DNA of 18,393 nucleotides from a virus. The stretch lies in UHGV virus genome UHGV-1280364; one strand, given 5' to 3'. The notes beneath the pieces are model-generated. The model saw only the letters and a list, made by a program, of their open reading frames with translations, did no database searches and was not told the DNA's origin. The position numbers were made by a program, and so were the translations under genes. Positions within the stretch are counted from its first letter, which is position 1. Each line of letters begins with the position of its first letter. This document shows positions 7,803 to 18,259 of this stretch, piece after piece.

Positions 7803-8259
7803 TCTTTAGCTCCTCGTATTTTGAGCGCGGTAACTGATAAATCGTGATGCCTACAGGCTTTCCATTGCTGGTATAAGCATCATCAAGGTGACCAACACGG
7901 GTAGCGCCAAGCAAACGGATAATTGCCCGTCCGTATTTCGTGGTGTCAGGAACCATAGTGATGCTGTTAAGGAATGGTGAGTTTTCGAGAAGCCATTTGC
8001 AGAATAATCGATGCCCTTGCAGTGCATATTCGCCACGGAATCCGGGGTCGTACACCGCATGGCATTCAACAACGCTATGCCAGAAGTTACGCACTTCATG
8101 CACTCCGACCAGCATCAGTCCTTCGTAGATGCCGAGGTATACCGCATCAGGCTTGATGTAGTATTTGTCTCCACTGTCTACGATATTTCCCGTGTTTGCC
8201 GGGTTGTTGAGGAATTCTGCAAGCTTCACCGGATTATCGATGAGCTTTATTTCCATCAC
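7777..8259 (-). CDS. Hypothetical phage protein in the gp14 position (160 aa)
   Basis: Complete ORF between the tail needle and gp7-like genes, overlapping both neighbours as is usual in this operon. No family recognised. Confidence 0.4.
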
Positions 8260-9209
8260 TGCTCCGCAATGATTTTGATGGTTGTGGCAGTAAACGCCGC
8301 ACCATTAGACTGAATGGTTAACGTGCTGCCATTTGTGGCAAGAAAGCCGTCTTTATCCACGCTGAAGAACGTAGCTAACAGGATGTTGTCGGTTGTTGTC
8401 GCCGCATTACGACTGCTTACCAGTGTGTCAGGAACAGAGCCGGAAAAGGTTAGCTGCATTGACCTGTTGGCGGTTCCGCTGGGCCACGTCCCGACGATCG
8501 ACAGCTTGAAGAACAAGGTTTTGTTCTCGTTGAACACAACCATCTTGTTGTTAACGGTGTCGAAGAATGGTGCCAACGTGCCGGATGACGGCGTGAGCGT
8601 TTTCAGCAGGCTAACAAGGTTGGTCGGCGCTGTCGGAATGGTTACTGATACGCCAGAGTAAACAACCTCTGATTTCTTTCGCGTGATGGCATACTCAAGC
8701 GCAGATATTCTTGTTGAGTGATCACCAACTGTGCTTTGTAGCGTCGAAATACTTCCCTCTGCCGCTGTGAGCCTAGTATCAAGTGCGTCGATATCGGTTG
8801 TATTCTGAGTTATTCGCGCATCATGGTTTGCTAACTCAGATTCATTGGCAGCAATTCGCGTCTCGTGATCAGCCAGCTCTGTTTCGGCAGCAGTAATCCT
8901 TGTTTCATGATCTGCAAGAGTGCTTTCCGCTGCTGCGATTCTATGTTCATGATTGACGAGAGTTGCTTCAGCAGCAGCAATTCTGGATTCATGGTCTGCA
9001 AGGGTGACATCCTGCTCATCATTCTTCACCTGTGCATCATAAGCCCCCTTCCCTGCTTCGTTGGCCTTGTTCGCCACGTTACCAACATCAGCACCCTGTG
9101 CGATAACGTACAACAGATACGACTGCGAGAAGATATTGCGTGGAAGGACTGATGTGTCGAGTCGTGTAGCCTGAATGATTACCGGCTCATTGAGATTCGA
9201 ATCAGCCAT
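8256..9209 (-). CDS. Tail needle protein (gp26-like) with a non-P22 C-terminal domain (317 aa)
   Basis: N-terminus [43 protein letters not shown]...[13 protein letters not shown] matches the P22 gp26 N-terminus as recalled. Followed by 14-residue repeats and a C-terminal domain unlike P22 (Sf6/HK620-type knob suspected). Confidence 0.85.
   Translation of the reverse strand: MADSNLNEPVIIQATRLDTSVLPRNIFSQSYLLYVIAQGADVGNVANKANEAGKGAYDAQVKNDEQDVTLADHESRIAAAEATLVNHEHRIAAAESTLADHETRITAAETELADHETRIAANESELANHDARITQNTTDIDALDTRLTAAEGSISTLQSTVGDHSTRISALEYAITRKKSEVVYSGVSVTIPTAPTNLVSLLKTLTPSSGTLAPFFDTVNNKMVVFNENKTLFFKLSIVGTWPSGTANRSMQLTFSGSVPDTLVSSRNAATTTDNILLATFFSVDKDGFLATNGSTLTIQSNGAAFTATTIKIIAEQ
8790..9000. 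repeat. Imperfect 42-bp tandem repeats encoding the tail-needle coiled coil
   Basis: About four to five tandem units encode repeats of the form [11 protein letters not shown]... (for example [56 protein letters not shown]). Boundaries approximate. Confidence 0.7.
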
Positions 9210-10627
9210 TACTCAATCCTTATCTGGCAGCCAGACAGAGTGACAGGTGACTTCGTGATAACGCGCAATTTGAAGCCGACATTTTTCCTGATTCGCCCGA
9301 CACGCTTCCACAAAACGCGTTTGTCGTAAACGAACGGTTCATTCTGTTCAATCATCTGCTCACGTCCGTAATTTATGCCGTCAGTGGTTGCAGAGAGGAA
9401 CAGGCGGTCGGCGTACTGCGCAACGCCAGTTGACGATTCAACCTCAAGATCGAACACTCTGGCGTTATCCGCTTTGAACAACGGAGTAAACAGCAGGTGT
9501 TCTTGCTGTAGCCCATACTGGCTGCTGATATCGAACTGCAATTTCCCGGTCACGGACTCCAGCTTATCTCCGCACGTTATCTGATTGCCTTCATAAATGA
9601 AGTCGATAGCGCGGTACACATCGTCATACAGGCCTGTTTTCAACACACACCATTGCGGACCATTTGCGCTTGAAGATGCGTCGTACACGAGGACGTGACG
9701 CGGAAGATGGATAATCAGCAACTCATGCGCATCAAACCGCAGCGATTCCATTACGCCATCAGCCAGTTCATCAGCAGTGTAGGAGCGGAGAATTTTCTCA
9801 ATGCTCGCGCTGGCGATTGGTGATACCTGACCGGAACCGATGATGTACACAGACGGCGCACCTGTTGCCGGATTGCTGATGAACGCATACGAATCAGCAA
9901 ACGGCGTTTTGCAGTAAGTCCCGGCGATGCCTTTTTGCACCATCAGTGATGGCTGTGCGACATACAAAGCAGCACCAACGGTGGTTGCACCAGTCAGGGA
10001 GAAATATTCAATCGTCGATGAACCAAAGCAGACGATGAAGTCTCGCCATGTTCCGATGCCGATAATACCGTCAGGCTGAGACTCAGCACGATATTGTGCG
10101 CTGTATCGGTCAGGATGTGATTCGTCTTCAGGGTCAGTGATAAACCATGAATCAGTGCCGTCTTTTGACCACGCATAACGCCCACGCAAGCGCGTAATGT
10201 CACGAACCGAACCTAACTCATACTGCGTGAATCCGCTGTCTGTAGGCCAGTTTGAGACGGTTTTAACTGTGCCATCATAGCGGTATTCGACCAGTTGCCC
10301 GTTAACGCCTACAGCCTGAGATGTACGACCATGCGCCATTGATACACGACCACTTCCGGCAACATCACCGACTTCACTTTCGCCCTTATACAGCTTGCCA
10401 CCACATACGCGATAAACAGCATTCTGCGCCATGTTGTACTCGACGCCCCGCGATACGCCGTTCACGTCGGAACGTTTGGCAATGCCCGGGAATGAGCGAA
10501 GATATCCGCTGCTGTTGAGGATTTCTTTGGGTGTAGCCAGCATATTCACTGGCAGATAGTCGATATAGTCAGCGCTTCGAAAGTCTTTGCCGACACCTTT
10601 CATAAGCGGAAGTTGCTGAATCGGCAT
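9209..10627 (-). CDS. Tail accessory / head-completion protein, P22 gp10-like (472 aa)
   Basis: N-terminus [49 protein letters not shown] matches P22 gp10 as recalled, and the length is the same (472 aa). Confidence 0.88.
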   Translation of the reverse strand: MPIQQLPLMKGVGKDFRSADYIDYLPVNMLATPKEILNSSGYLRSFPGIAKRSDVNGVSRGVEYNMAQNAVYRVCGGKLYKGESEVGDVAGSGRVSMAHGRTSQAVGVNGQLVEYRYDGTVKTVSNWPTDSGFTQYELGSVRDITRLRGRYAWSKDGTDSWFITDPEDESHPDRYSAQYRAESQPDGIIGIGTWRDFIVCFGSSTIEYFSLTGATTVGAALYVAQPSLMVQKGIAGTYCKTPFADSYAFISNPATGAPSVYIIGSGQVSPIASASIEKILRSYTADELADGVMESLRFDAHELLIIHLPRHVLVYDASSSANGPQWCVLKTGLYDDVYRAIDFIYEGNQITCGDKLESVTGKLQFDISSQYGLQQEHLLFTPLFKADNARVFDLEVESSTGVAQYADRLFLSATTDGINYGREQMIEQNEPFVYDKRVLWKRVGRIRKNVGFKLRVITKSPVTLSGCQIRIE

Positions 10628-10636
10628 TTATTCACC

Positions 10637-11098
10637 TCACGTACTCGGATTATCTTTCTCGATGTAAAACCGATTCCACGTAAACGCGCTTTTGTTACCA
10701 CTACCGCGAGGCATGTCATTTCGCCGCTCAAGTGGTGGTATTTTGGTTAAAGCGATACAGATTGTCTGATATGCACTGTCAGCAGCGGTAAGGAGAGCAT
10801 CCGACGGCTGAATGACGTTATCCATGCACATCTGCACAGCGAGCTTCAAAGCGACGCCATCATTTGCCCATGCAGGGATACCTGAATCATCGTCAGGTAA
10901 CGGCATGATGCCGTTTTCTGTATCAGCAAACTGATATCCAAGCTCGATACCTTTCGCCTGCCATGCTGCCATCATGTCTTCGAGATCATTAATGGCATCT
11001 TCAATTGCCTGAGGGTCAGCATCTGTCAACGTGGCATTGGAATACAGCCCGGCTTTTCGCAAAGCCTTTAGAACGAGATCACCCTTCGTTTTCGCCAT
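10637..11098 (-). CDS. Head-completion / tail accessory factor, P22 gp4-like (153 aa)
   Basis: Resembles the P22 gp4 N-terminus (KTKGDLV..ALRK.G......LTD..PQ...DA.DDLE.MMA.W) and sits between the coat and gp10-like genes. Confidence 0.75.
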   Translation of the reverse strand: MAKTKGDLVLKALRKAGLYSNATLTDADPQAIEDAINDLEDMMAAWQAKGIELGYQFADTENGIMPLPDDDSGIPAWANDGVALKLAVQMCMDNVIQPSDALLTAADSAYQTICIALTKIPPLERRNDMPRGSGNKSAFTWNRFYIEKDNPST

Positions 11099-11267
11099 CT
11101 TCTTCCGCCTTAGCCACTTTTTGCTTCGTTGCGGTTTCTTCAGGAGTTTTTACCCAACCTTTTTTCAGGTGAGATTTAACTTCTTCGTCATCAACAATGA
11201 TGTAATCGACAGCAAACTGACCACAGGTGATCATGTTGCCCGGCTTATAGAGCATTGTTCGTGCCAT
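11079..11267 (-). CDS. Small hypothetical protein (62 aa) between coat and gp4-like genes
   Basis: Start at the Met of MARTMLYKPG with GGAGAAG upstream (plus 11272-11278). The longer 74-aa track ORF would begin inside the terminator. Lys/Glu-rich C-terminus. Confidence 0.45.
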   Translation of the reverse strand: MARTMLYKPGNMITCGQFAVDYIIVDDEEVKSHLKKGWVKTPEETATKQKVAKAEEDGENEG

Positions 11268-11278
11268 TGTCTTCTCCC

Positions 11279-11302
11279 AATAAAAATGGGGCCGAAGCCC
11301 CA
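11279..11302 (-). terminator. Rho-independent terminator immediately after the coat gene
   Basis: Hairpin ggggc-cgaa-gcccc (11288-11301) followed on the minus strand by a U-run (plus 11281-11287 taaaaat). Located 7-30 nt downstream of the coat stop. Confidence 0.7.
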
Positions 11303-11308
11303 CCTAAA

Positions 11309-12562
11309 TTACTGCCCGGCAATAACGATGCCCGTATATTCAGGAACCAGTACAGAGCAACCGTACAGAGTGGTGAAACGCGCAGTGGTTACGCCTTTGA
11401 TGTGGTCGAAGGCGTAAGACATGATCAGCGTAGCGCCCTGCTCGGTGGTTGCTGTCATTACCTGTGGACCCTGACCAGTCGGGAACGCTAGTTTGCCGTA
11501 CATCAGCTCAACAGAACCATCAGCCCAGAACAGGTTGGCCGGTGCGGCATTTTTGTTGAGAATGGTGATTGCTGCACCATTTGCCGCGTTAGCATCAACG
11601 TTTGCATATGGACGGCTGGCGACATCTGCGTTGTCAGGCGGCAGAATTTTCGGGGAGATAGTCACTGTCGTTCCGCTTACTGCCAGAACGCGGAATACCT
11701 GCGGCTGCCCGGTGGTGTCTTTGGTGATCTGGTGTACAGAATTCACGCCAGCAATGGTGAACGCATCACCAACCTGCAACCCAGATGCAGATACCGTAAT
11801 AGTCCCCTGTCGGTTATCCACTGGCATATCGTTGGCATCTTTCGCTTCAACCTTGTGCGCAGGTTCAGCCGCCAGCGTCAGGGAAGTTGCTGTACCCTTC
11901 GGAACACGACCAGAAATATCGGTCTTGTAGCTATCGAAGGACGCAACCGGAGGGATCTGCGCTTTTTCGTATGCTGTCAGGGTTGCGCCCTGAGCGTAGG
12001 CACGGTGACCAAGCTCGCCAGCAAGGTCTTTGTAGTTGAAGGGGTTCCAGAAAGAGCGACGGTTGATACCCTGTGGTACACCAATCGCCGTCATGGTGGC
12101 ATCAATACCTGCCGCACAGTTCCACAAATCACGGCCCTGTGAACCAGTGGTTGAGTCAGCCATTGTGATCACGTTAGTAGCACGCTGCGTGACCATGGAA
12201 ATCAGGTCAGAGTCAATCTGTGCAGCAAGGCGCATACCTGCGGCGCGACCAGCTTCAGTTTTATGTTCCGGGTCACGCATTTCACGCGCATCCAGAGTGT
12301 ACAGAATGTTTTTCGGCTCCTTGAACACAGAAGGAACAAGGCGCTGAACCAGTGCTGTTGGCGTTTTGCCGCTGAGATCTAGGCCTTCCTCAATGTTCAT
12401 GTGGTAATGCTGCGGACGATACAGAACATCACCTGCTCGCTGCATTGCTGTATCACCGGGACGGAATTTTTTAGCGTTACGGGAAACTACGCAGGCGGCC
12501 TCAAAGCCTTCAACGTAGTTTTCGAACATGATTTCAAGGTTTTTTGCTAATTGGTTAGCCAT
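11309..12562 (-). CDS. Major capsid (coat) protein, P22 gp5 / Sf6 gp5-like (417 aa)
   Basis: Synteny (scaffold, coat, gp4) and recalled similarity to P22 coat (for example YANV.....A..I.ILN...A..N.FWAD). Followed by a strong terminator. Confidence 0.85.
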   Translation of the reverse strand: MANQLAKNLEIMFENYVEGFEAACVVSRNAKKFRPGDTAMQRAGDVLYRPQHYHMNIEEGLDLSGKTPTALVQRLVPSVFKEPKNILYTLDAREMRDPEHKTEAGRAAGMRLAAQIDSDLISMVTQRATNVITMADSTTGSQGRDLWNCAAGIDATMTAIGVPQGINRRSFWNPFNYKDLAGELGHRAYAQGATLTAYEKAQIPPVASFDSYKTDISGRVPKGTATSLTLAAEPAHKVEAKDANDMPVDNRQGTITVSASGLQVGDAFTIAGVNSVHQITKDTTGQPQVFRVLAVSGTTVTISPKILPPDNADVASRPYANVDANAANGAAITILNKNAAPANLFWADGSVELMYGKLAFPTGQGPQVMTATTEQGATLIMSYAFDHIKGVTTARFTTLYGCSVLVPEYTGIVIAGQ

Positions 12563-12580
12563 GCTTAATGCTCCGATAGG

Positions 12581-13474
12581 TTATTTTTTTGCCTTTTTAG
12601 CGGCGAAATACGGCGTCCAGTCACCAGTTTCCAGCGCCTTGGCTTTCAATTTGCCGAGGTTGTTGATTACTGCGCCGTTGCTCCCCTTAACTGTCGGGGT
12701 TGTGGCTGCCGTGGTTTTTGCTTTTGGCATGATTCTGGCCTTAGATTCGATACGTTCCAGCAGACGACCAATTGCTACGGGGTTGGTAGCTTCTGCCAGT
12801 TGCTTGCGCAGTTCAGCGTTGCGACCAAGCGCCAGAACAACGATTTCCGGCTTCTCTGACTCAAACAGGATCGCGTTTTGTGTCTCGATGGGGATTTCCT
12901 CGAGTACGGCCTGTTCTGCTTCCTGATAGCCAGGAACCTTGAGAGCCTTAACACGTTGCTGATATTTGGATAATCGCTCTTGATAAGCAGCCTGAAGCTC
13001 CTGCTCCTTCTGCTTGCGAGCCATCTCCTGTTGCTGGTACTTTCCGTTATCCTCTGCCCACTTAGCCATGCGTTGCTGATAGATTTCTTCATCGAAACCG
13101 ATGTCCTCATCATCCAGTTTTGGCATTCGCGGTGGTTGAGTGATTACCGGCTGCTGCTCGACGGGTTTCTGAGACTGACGCATCAGCTCTTTCAGCTCGC
13201 GGTCTTTCTCTTTAATCGTCTTGCGCAGGTGTTTTACCAGTCCATGCTCTGCGCTATCTTCGCTGGTTGGCGAATCCAGCTTTTCATCACCAAAGTAGAA
13301 TTCCTGTTCTGATTCGTCGTCATCAGTTTCAGTAGCTTCCTCTGCATCATTGCCGGAGGACTCACTGCCATCTTCTGTTTCGACTTCTTCAGCCAGTTCG
13401 ACATCATCAGGAATCTTCTCTGATGTATCGGTTTCGATTTCAACTTCTGGTGTGTTTTCTGCCATCTGGTCCAT
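12581..13474 (-). CDS. Scaffolding protein (297 aa)
   Basis: Lies between portal and coat. Highly acidic N-terminus, charged helical middle, basic C-terminal tail (KLKAKALETGDWTPYFAAKKAKK). Confidence 0.75.
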   Translation of the reverse strand: MDQMAENTPEVEIETDTSEKIPDDVELAEEVETEDGSESSGNDAEEATETDDDESEQEFYFGDEKLDSPTSEDSAEHGLVKHLRKTIKEKDRELKELMRQSQKPVEQQPVITQPPRMPKLDDEDIGFDEEIYQQRMAKWAEDNGKYQQQEMARKQKEQELQAAYQERLSKYQQRVKALKVPGYQEAEQAVLEEIPIETQNAILFESEKPEIVVLALGRNAELRKQLAEATNPVAIGRLLERIESKARIMPKAKTTAATTPTVKGSNGAVINNLGKLKAKALETGDWTPYFAAKKAKK

Positions 13475-13564
13475 TTGTTCCCCCTGTTTACTCGATGTTC
13501 AGCCCATCGGAAGGCAATAGGGTGCCAGGCCTCATAAAGACAGCCATTGCACGTTATGGGTTAA

Positions 13565-15763
13565 TTACTGCTGTGGTTGTTGCTGAGTTAATTTTTGCAG
13601 GATGCTGCTGATGTCCATGCGCAGCGCATGGCCCTGTGCCTGACTTTTCAGGACAAGCTCTGCATCAGCACGGGCATTATCTCCTTGCTGTTGCTGGAAC
13701 TGTCCGAGCAGTTTCAGCGCCTCACGGATATCAGATTTTTGCTGGCTATCGGCAGATGCGAGGATTTTCACAACATTTGCCGCAGCAACCTGAGCATCCG
13801 TCTGTGCCTGGAATGCTTTAACCTGAATGGCTGCCTGTTCGTTCTGCGCTTTCTGCAATTCAGCCTGACCAGCAAGAAGCTGACCTTGCGCAGCAACCAT
13901 AGCCGGATCTGGCTGACTGGCCTGTTGTTGTTTCGCCTGCTCAACCATCTGCTGCTCTTCTGGCGTTCTCGGCTTGATAACTCCAGACAGAAGCAACTGA
14001 TTGCGGTTGTATTCTTTAAGGTCGTCCATCCCTTCGCCATCCATATTGTCGAGAATCATCGACGATACAAGGTCGTGCTTCGGCGTTCCTGGTGGGATAA
14101 GTGCCAGCATGGAAAGTAACGACTTAACCGTTGCATCACGGCGAGTAGCGAACGACTGACCGACATCGACAGTCACTTCATAGTTACCCTGCGAAAGGTC
14201 GTTAAGCGCGATAACCTGCCCTGTCTGACGGTCAACCACTTCACCAGTCATCAGCGCCACGTCATCGCTGCCGTCCTCATTAACGATGCGCATTGGCGTA
14301 TCGCTGCCATAGACTTCACGCGCCATAGAAAGCCACACAACGCCAGCGCGACGCATGGATTTAGCCATGTTGTCCATGTAGATATAGGACTGCGTATCCA
14401 TCCGGTTAAAGATGCTATCAACGGTATCGGTGGCGACGTTGCTCGGCATGTTCTCAAGCTGCGACGCACCTGTAATTTGCTGAATAGCCGTTCCGGTGTA
14501 CTGCAATAGCCCGGCAAGAGCTGGCGGCATTTGTGTCGGAGGTGTATAACTGCTGACCTGAGCCTGCGCAGTAATATCTCCGTTTTTGTTTTTCAGACTG
14601 ACCATCGGCAGGAACGCCGGGCGCTTTTTGTTGCGCTCCGCCCAATGAGTGGCAAGAGGACCAGGAATCATGTCAACATCAACTACAGGAATGCCATCAC
14701 CGCCAGCCTGAGTAGCGTTATCTGCAATCATGGAAACCATCAGGTTCTCAAGACGCTGCGCATCCATCGCTTTTGCTGCGTGGCCTTCGATTCGCTCCTG
14801 ATTATCAACAAATGAGCGACGCCCATATACCGGGATGAGAGGAATATGTTCGCCCGGAATACGCTTCGGTTCTTCCAGCCATTCAGCGCCAGACAGAAGA
14901 CCGCAATAAACGCGGCGCTTCTTCACCGTTCGCTCGCCAATCAGTTCGAATGCACCATCGGTCAGCTCGTCGACAATATCTTTGATTTGCTCTTCATCAT
15001 AGATTGCCGTTTCTCCGCTGACAGGGTTACGCCATGCTGTGAGCTTCACCTTCTCTATGCGGACTTCGTAGTAACGTCCAACATAGATGGCATCTGGCGT
15101 TGACCAGTCATATTGAGTGCCAGTGTCATCACGAGAAAGGCTTGCCGCGATGGAATCAGGGTATTCAGCCTCGAACGCTTTAGGCGTCATGGAGAACATT
15201 TCCATAGCCCACATAGCATCAGAGCGGTCATATTGCTTGCTGTCCTGATCGAAGAAGACGCATGTCGCTGGGTCGTAAACAGGAAGAAGGCTGATGCGTC
15301 GCTGCTCGTTACTCGGATCCATTTCATCTTCGTAATCAGCACACATGCGGAAACAACCGAATCCGCCCGTTACAGCATCATCAAATGCGTTATCACACGC
15401 TTCGCCACCGGATGTTTCCTGATAATCAGCGCGGAATTTGCCGTTCATCTTTTCGGCTAACGCTTCCGATGCCTTGTCATCCTTCGGCCTGAATTTAACG
15501 CTGATGCGATTCTGCCGATACTCGCCAATGATGCGATCACATTCACGGGCAATCTTATTTAGTTCAAAGCGCGGATAATGCTCAAACCTGCCTTCATCAA
15601 ATGAGTAACCAGCGTTTGTGCTGCCTTCCCACTGTGCGCCGGATACCCGGACGAAACGTTGAGCCTCAATAATCTGCTCACGCATATCCTGCGTTGCTGA
15701 CCAGGCATTATCAAAGTTGCACAGCACCTTGCGATGCCAGTCAGTCATCTTTTTTTCTGCCAT
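13565..15763 (-). CDS. Portal protein, P22 gp1-like (732 aa)
   Basis: Motifs match P22 portal as recalled (KRRVY....GEHIP..PV.G; PEEQQ.....Q...DPAMV.AQG.LL.GQAEL.KAQN), including the Gln-rich C-terminal barrel region. Size similar to P22 gp1 (725 aa). Confidence 0.9.
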   Translation of the reverse strand: MAEKKMTDWHRKVLCNFDNAWSATQDMREQIIEAQRFVRVSGAQWEGSTNAGYSFDEGRFEHYPRFELNKIARECDRIIGEYRQNRISVKFRPKDDKASEALAEKMNGKFRADYQETSGGEACDNAFDDAVTGGFGCFRMCADYEDEMDPSNEQRRISLLPVYDPATCVFFDQDSKQYDRSDAMWAMEMFSMTPKAFEAEYPDSIAASLSRDDTGTQYDWSTPDAIYVGRYYEVRIEKVKLTAWRNPVSGETAIYDEEQIKDIVDELTDGAFELIGERTVKKRRVYCGLLSGAEWLEEPKRIPGEHIPLIPVYGRRSFVDNQERIEGHAAKAMDAQRLENLMVSMIADNATQAGGDGIPVVDVDMIPGPLATHWAERNKKRPAFLPMVSLKNKNGDITAQAQVSSYTPPTQMPPALAGLLQYTGTAIQQITGASQLENMPSNVATDTVDSIFNRMDTQSYIYMDNMAKSMRRAGVVWLSMAREVYGSDTPMRIVNEDGSDDVALMTGEVVDRQTGQVIALNDLSQGNYEVTVDVGQSFATRRDATVKSLLSMLALIPPGTPKHDLVSSMILDNMDGEGMDDLKEYNRNQLLLSGVIKPRTPEEQQMVEQAKQQQASQPDPAMVAAQGQLLAGQAELQKAQNEQAAIQVKAFQAQTDAQVAAANVVKILASADSQQKSDIREALKLLGQFQQQQGDNARADAELVLKSQAQGHALRMDISSILQKLTQQQPQQ

Positions 15764-16212
15764 ATCAACCTACACCACAAGGAATTGAGTAACTGGAATA
15801 GTCGGGTTGCGCAGCCGACTCCGGGCAATGCATACACATCATCAGCGCATCAGCCAGGTTAGGAGATGGAATACCGAGCTTCTGCTTCATTTCGACCTTA
15901 GTCATAAGCTCCAGCTTCCCGTTGTGCGCCGGATACCCGGACGAAACGTTGAGCCTCAATAATCTGCTCACGCATATCCTGCGTTGCTGACCAGGCATTA
16001 TCAAAGTTGCACAGCACCTTGCGATGCCAGTCAGTCATCTTTTTTTCTGCCATATCAACCTACACCACAAGGAATTGAGTAACTGGAATAGTCGGGTTGC
16101 GCAGCCGACTCCGGGCAATGCATACACATCATCAGCGCATCAGCCAGGTTAGGAGATGGAATACCGAGCTTCTGCTTCATTTCGACCTTAGTCATAAGCT
16201 CCAGCTTCCCGT
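15633..16212. repeat. Perfect 290-bp tandem duplication spanning the terminase stop and portal start (15633-15922 and 15923-16212)
   Basis: Direct comparison shows the two copies are identical, with 3-nt microhomology (tgt) at the junction. Each copy carries the portal 5' end (131 nt), the intergenic base and the terminase 3' end. Confidence 0.92.
15765..16004 (-). pseudogene. Chimeric ORF created by the 290-bp duplication (out-of-frame portal 5' sequence fused to a second copy of the terminase C-terminus)
   Basis: The last 51 residues (GKLELMTKVEM...SIPCGVG) are identical to the C-terminus of the 377-aa terminase ORF. The N-terminal 28 residues come from the duplicated portal start read out of frame. 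Confidence 0.7.
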
Positions 16213-17817
16213 TGTTATTGAATTTGCGCTGAATCTGCGTCAGTTCTGCAAACAGCTTCTCCAGCATCTTCTCGCCTATCGCTTCTTTGTCGAAACTCAG
16301 CATGTCGTCGGGGTCTGCATACTCACCGTGGACAACCGCCCGATATGTCAGATACAGCCTGTCAGCCAGCGCGTAATAGAATTGCGCTCGCTTATTACGG
16401 AACACATCGCCAATAGTGCGAACGTTGTCGCCCTGCACGACTTCATCAGCCCATGCTCCGGCCTGATATGGTGCATCTTCATCGAATGGCGATTCGCTGC
16501 CCTTGAACATCGTGGCGGTGATTTTCTTGCCGGAGAACGCTTCCGTTGTCTGTCTGCGTAGCCCGGCACCAACACCATCACCATCCCACAGGTAATGGTC
16601 AGCGCCGTCTTCAATCGCCAGCGAAGTAGCCCAGTCAGCACCCTCGTTGATGTCCATCAGCAGACCTTCGGCAATGCGCTTAACTACCGAACCGTGACGC
16701 GATGCATAACCTTTAGCATCTGGTCCTGTATCTGACGGGTCATGCGCAGAGACAACAGCGCCTTTCGCTTTCCATCCGAGTTTCTTGTGCGCATCGGTAG
16801 CAGCTTCAAGCCATTCACGTTTGATGATTGCCATATCACTTGCGCTCACTGGCTCACCAAGCCAGATGTGACGATACAGTGTCGGGTTTCTGCGTTTACA
16901 CTCTTCCATCTCCAGACGGAGAACTTCAGGAAAGTGCGGGTTGTCGGTGTAGTTCACCGTCAGCAGGCAAATATCATCGGGAGGATTTACAACGAATCGC
17001 TGATAGGTATCGTCGAGTATGTTCTTCGGGTTAAAGCTCACCCATATTTCAGAGAACGGCTTGCGGATGGTTGGTATCAGGATATCCCATGATTCCTTCG
17101 TTACCGCTTCCGCTTCCTCCACCCAGCAGATATCAATGCCTTCGAGCGATTTAATCTTCGTCGGGTTGTTTTTGATGCCGTAGAACATGAACTCACTGGC
17201 TCACCAAGCCAGATGTGACGATACAGTGTCGGGTTTCTGCGTTTACACTCTTCCATCTCCAGACGGAGAACTTCAGGAAAGTGCGGGTTGTCGGTGTAGT
17301 TCACCGTCAGCAGGCAAATATCATCGGGAGGATTTACAACGAATCGCTGATAGGTATCGTCGAGTATGTTCTTCGGGTTAAAGCTCACCCATATTTCAGA
17401 GAACGGCTTGCGGATGGTTGGTATCAGGATATCCCATGATTCCTTCGTTACCGCTTCCGCTTCCTCCACCCAGCAGATATCAATGCCTTCGAGCGATTTA
17501 ATCTTCGTCGGGTTGTTTTTGATGCCGTAGAACATGAACTCAGCATTCGTTCCGAGATGACGAATCATGGAACGCTGAATTTCAAACTCAGCCGTATACC
17601 CTTCACGCTCTATGGTGTCTTCAAGCAGCCGGATTACCGAATCGCTGATACTGTTTTGCAGTTCACGAGCGCAGAGAATACGCACTGGCTGCCGACGCGC
17701 CGCTTCAACAAGCAGCCTCGCAATTGCCCATGACTTACCGCTACCTCGACCGCCTTTGGCGACTTTGTAGCGATGCGCCTCAATGAACGGTTCAAAGATA
17801 GGATTAATCGAGGTCAT
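16055..17817 (-). pseudogene. Terminase large subunit, interrupted by a frameshifting 347-bp internal tandem duplication
   Basis: Walker A motif in the N-terminal ORF ([16 protein letters not shown]). The two track ORFs (17101-17817 and 16055-17188) share a duplicated 115-residue segment. Removing one 347-bp copy gives a single 1416-nt ORF (471 aa), close to the Sf6 gp2 length I recall (470 aa). Its start overlaps the small-subunit stop as ATGA. Confidence 0.85.
16845..17538. repeat. Perfect 347-bp tandem duplication inside the terminase large subunit gene (16845-17191 and 17192-17538)
   Basis: Copies are identical on direct comparison, with 4-nt microhomology (ctca) at the junction. 347 is not a multiple of 3, so it shifts the frame. 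Confidence 0.92.
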
Positions 17818-18236
17818 TTTCCGAATAGAGTGCTCATCGGTGATGTTTCAATCTGGATTGCGCCGCCGTCTTTGCCGACAAGCTCGTTAGTTACCTTGTC
17901 GCCATACTTACGGGGATTCATTCGGGCCAGCGCCCATTTGCGGGTATCAACGCGAAGTCTTGCCTTTGCCACCTCAGCAGCATCTGGAATCGCAGTGTCA
18001 GCAATTTCGAATATCTCTTCGAAAATAGAATCAGCTCGTGCCTCAGTTGCCTTCGCGTACTTGTCGCGAAAATCCTCATGCTTTGCCAACCAGCGGAAAA
18101 CAGTGGACTTATCCGGCATGCCAGGACGCTTACATACTTTCAGCAAACTTTCGCCAGAAGAAAGCAACGAGCAGATATCGTCAGCCACCTCCGGCATATA
18201 ATCAGAGGGGCGACCAGCTTTTGGTTCAGTCGCCAT
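17814..18236 (-). CDS. Terminase small subunit, Sf6 gp1-like (140 aa)
   Basis: Translation [80 protein letters not shown]... matches the Sf6 small terminase (140 aa) as recalled. Translationally coupled to the large subunit. Confidence 0.85.
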   Translation of the reverse strand: MATEPKAGRPSDYMPEVADDICSLLSSGESLLKVCKRPGMPDKSTVFRWLAKHEDFRDKYAKATEARADSIFEEIFEIADTAIPDAAEVAKARLRVDTRKWALARMNPRKYGDKVTNELVGKDGGAIQIETSPMSTLFGK

Positions 18237-18259
18237 ATTTATCTCACTTAATTGTCATT

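Noticed and set aside
12775-13113. 112-aa and other short ORFs within the scaffolding gene
   Set aside because: Alternative-frame artefacts inside a well-supported CDS.
15633-17538. CRISPR array or other spacer-containing repeat locus
   Set aside because: These are long (290 and 347 bp) head-to-tail duplications of coding sequence with no interspersed unique spacers.
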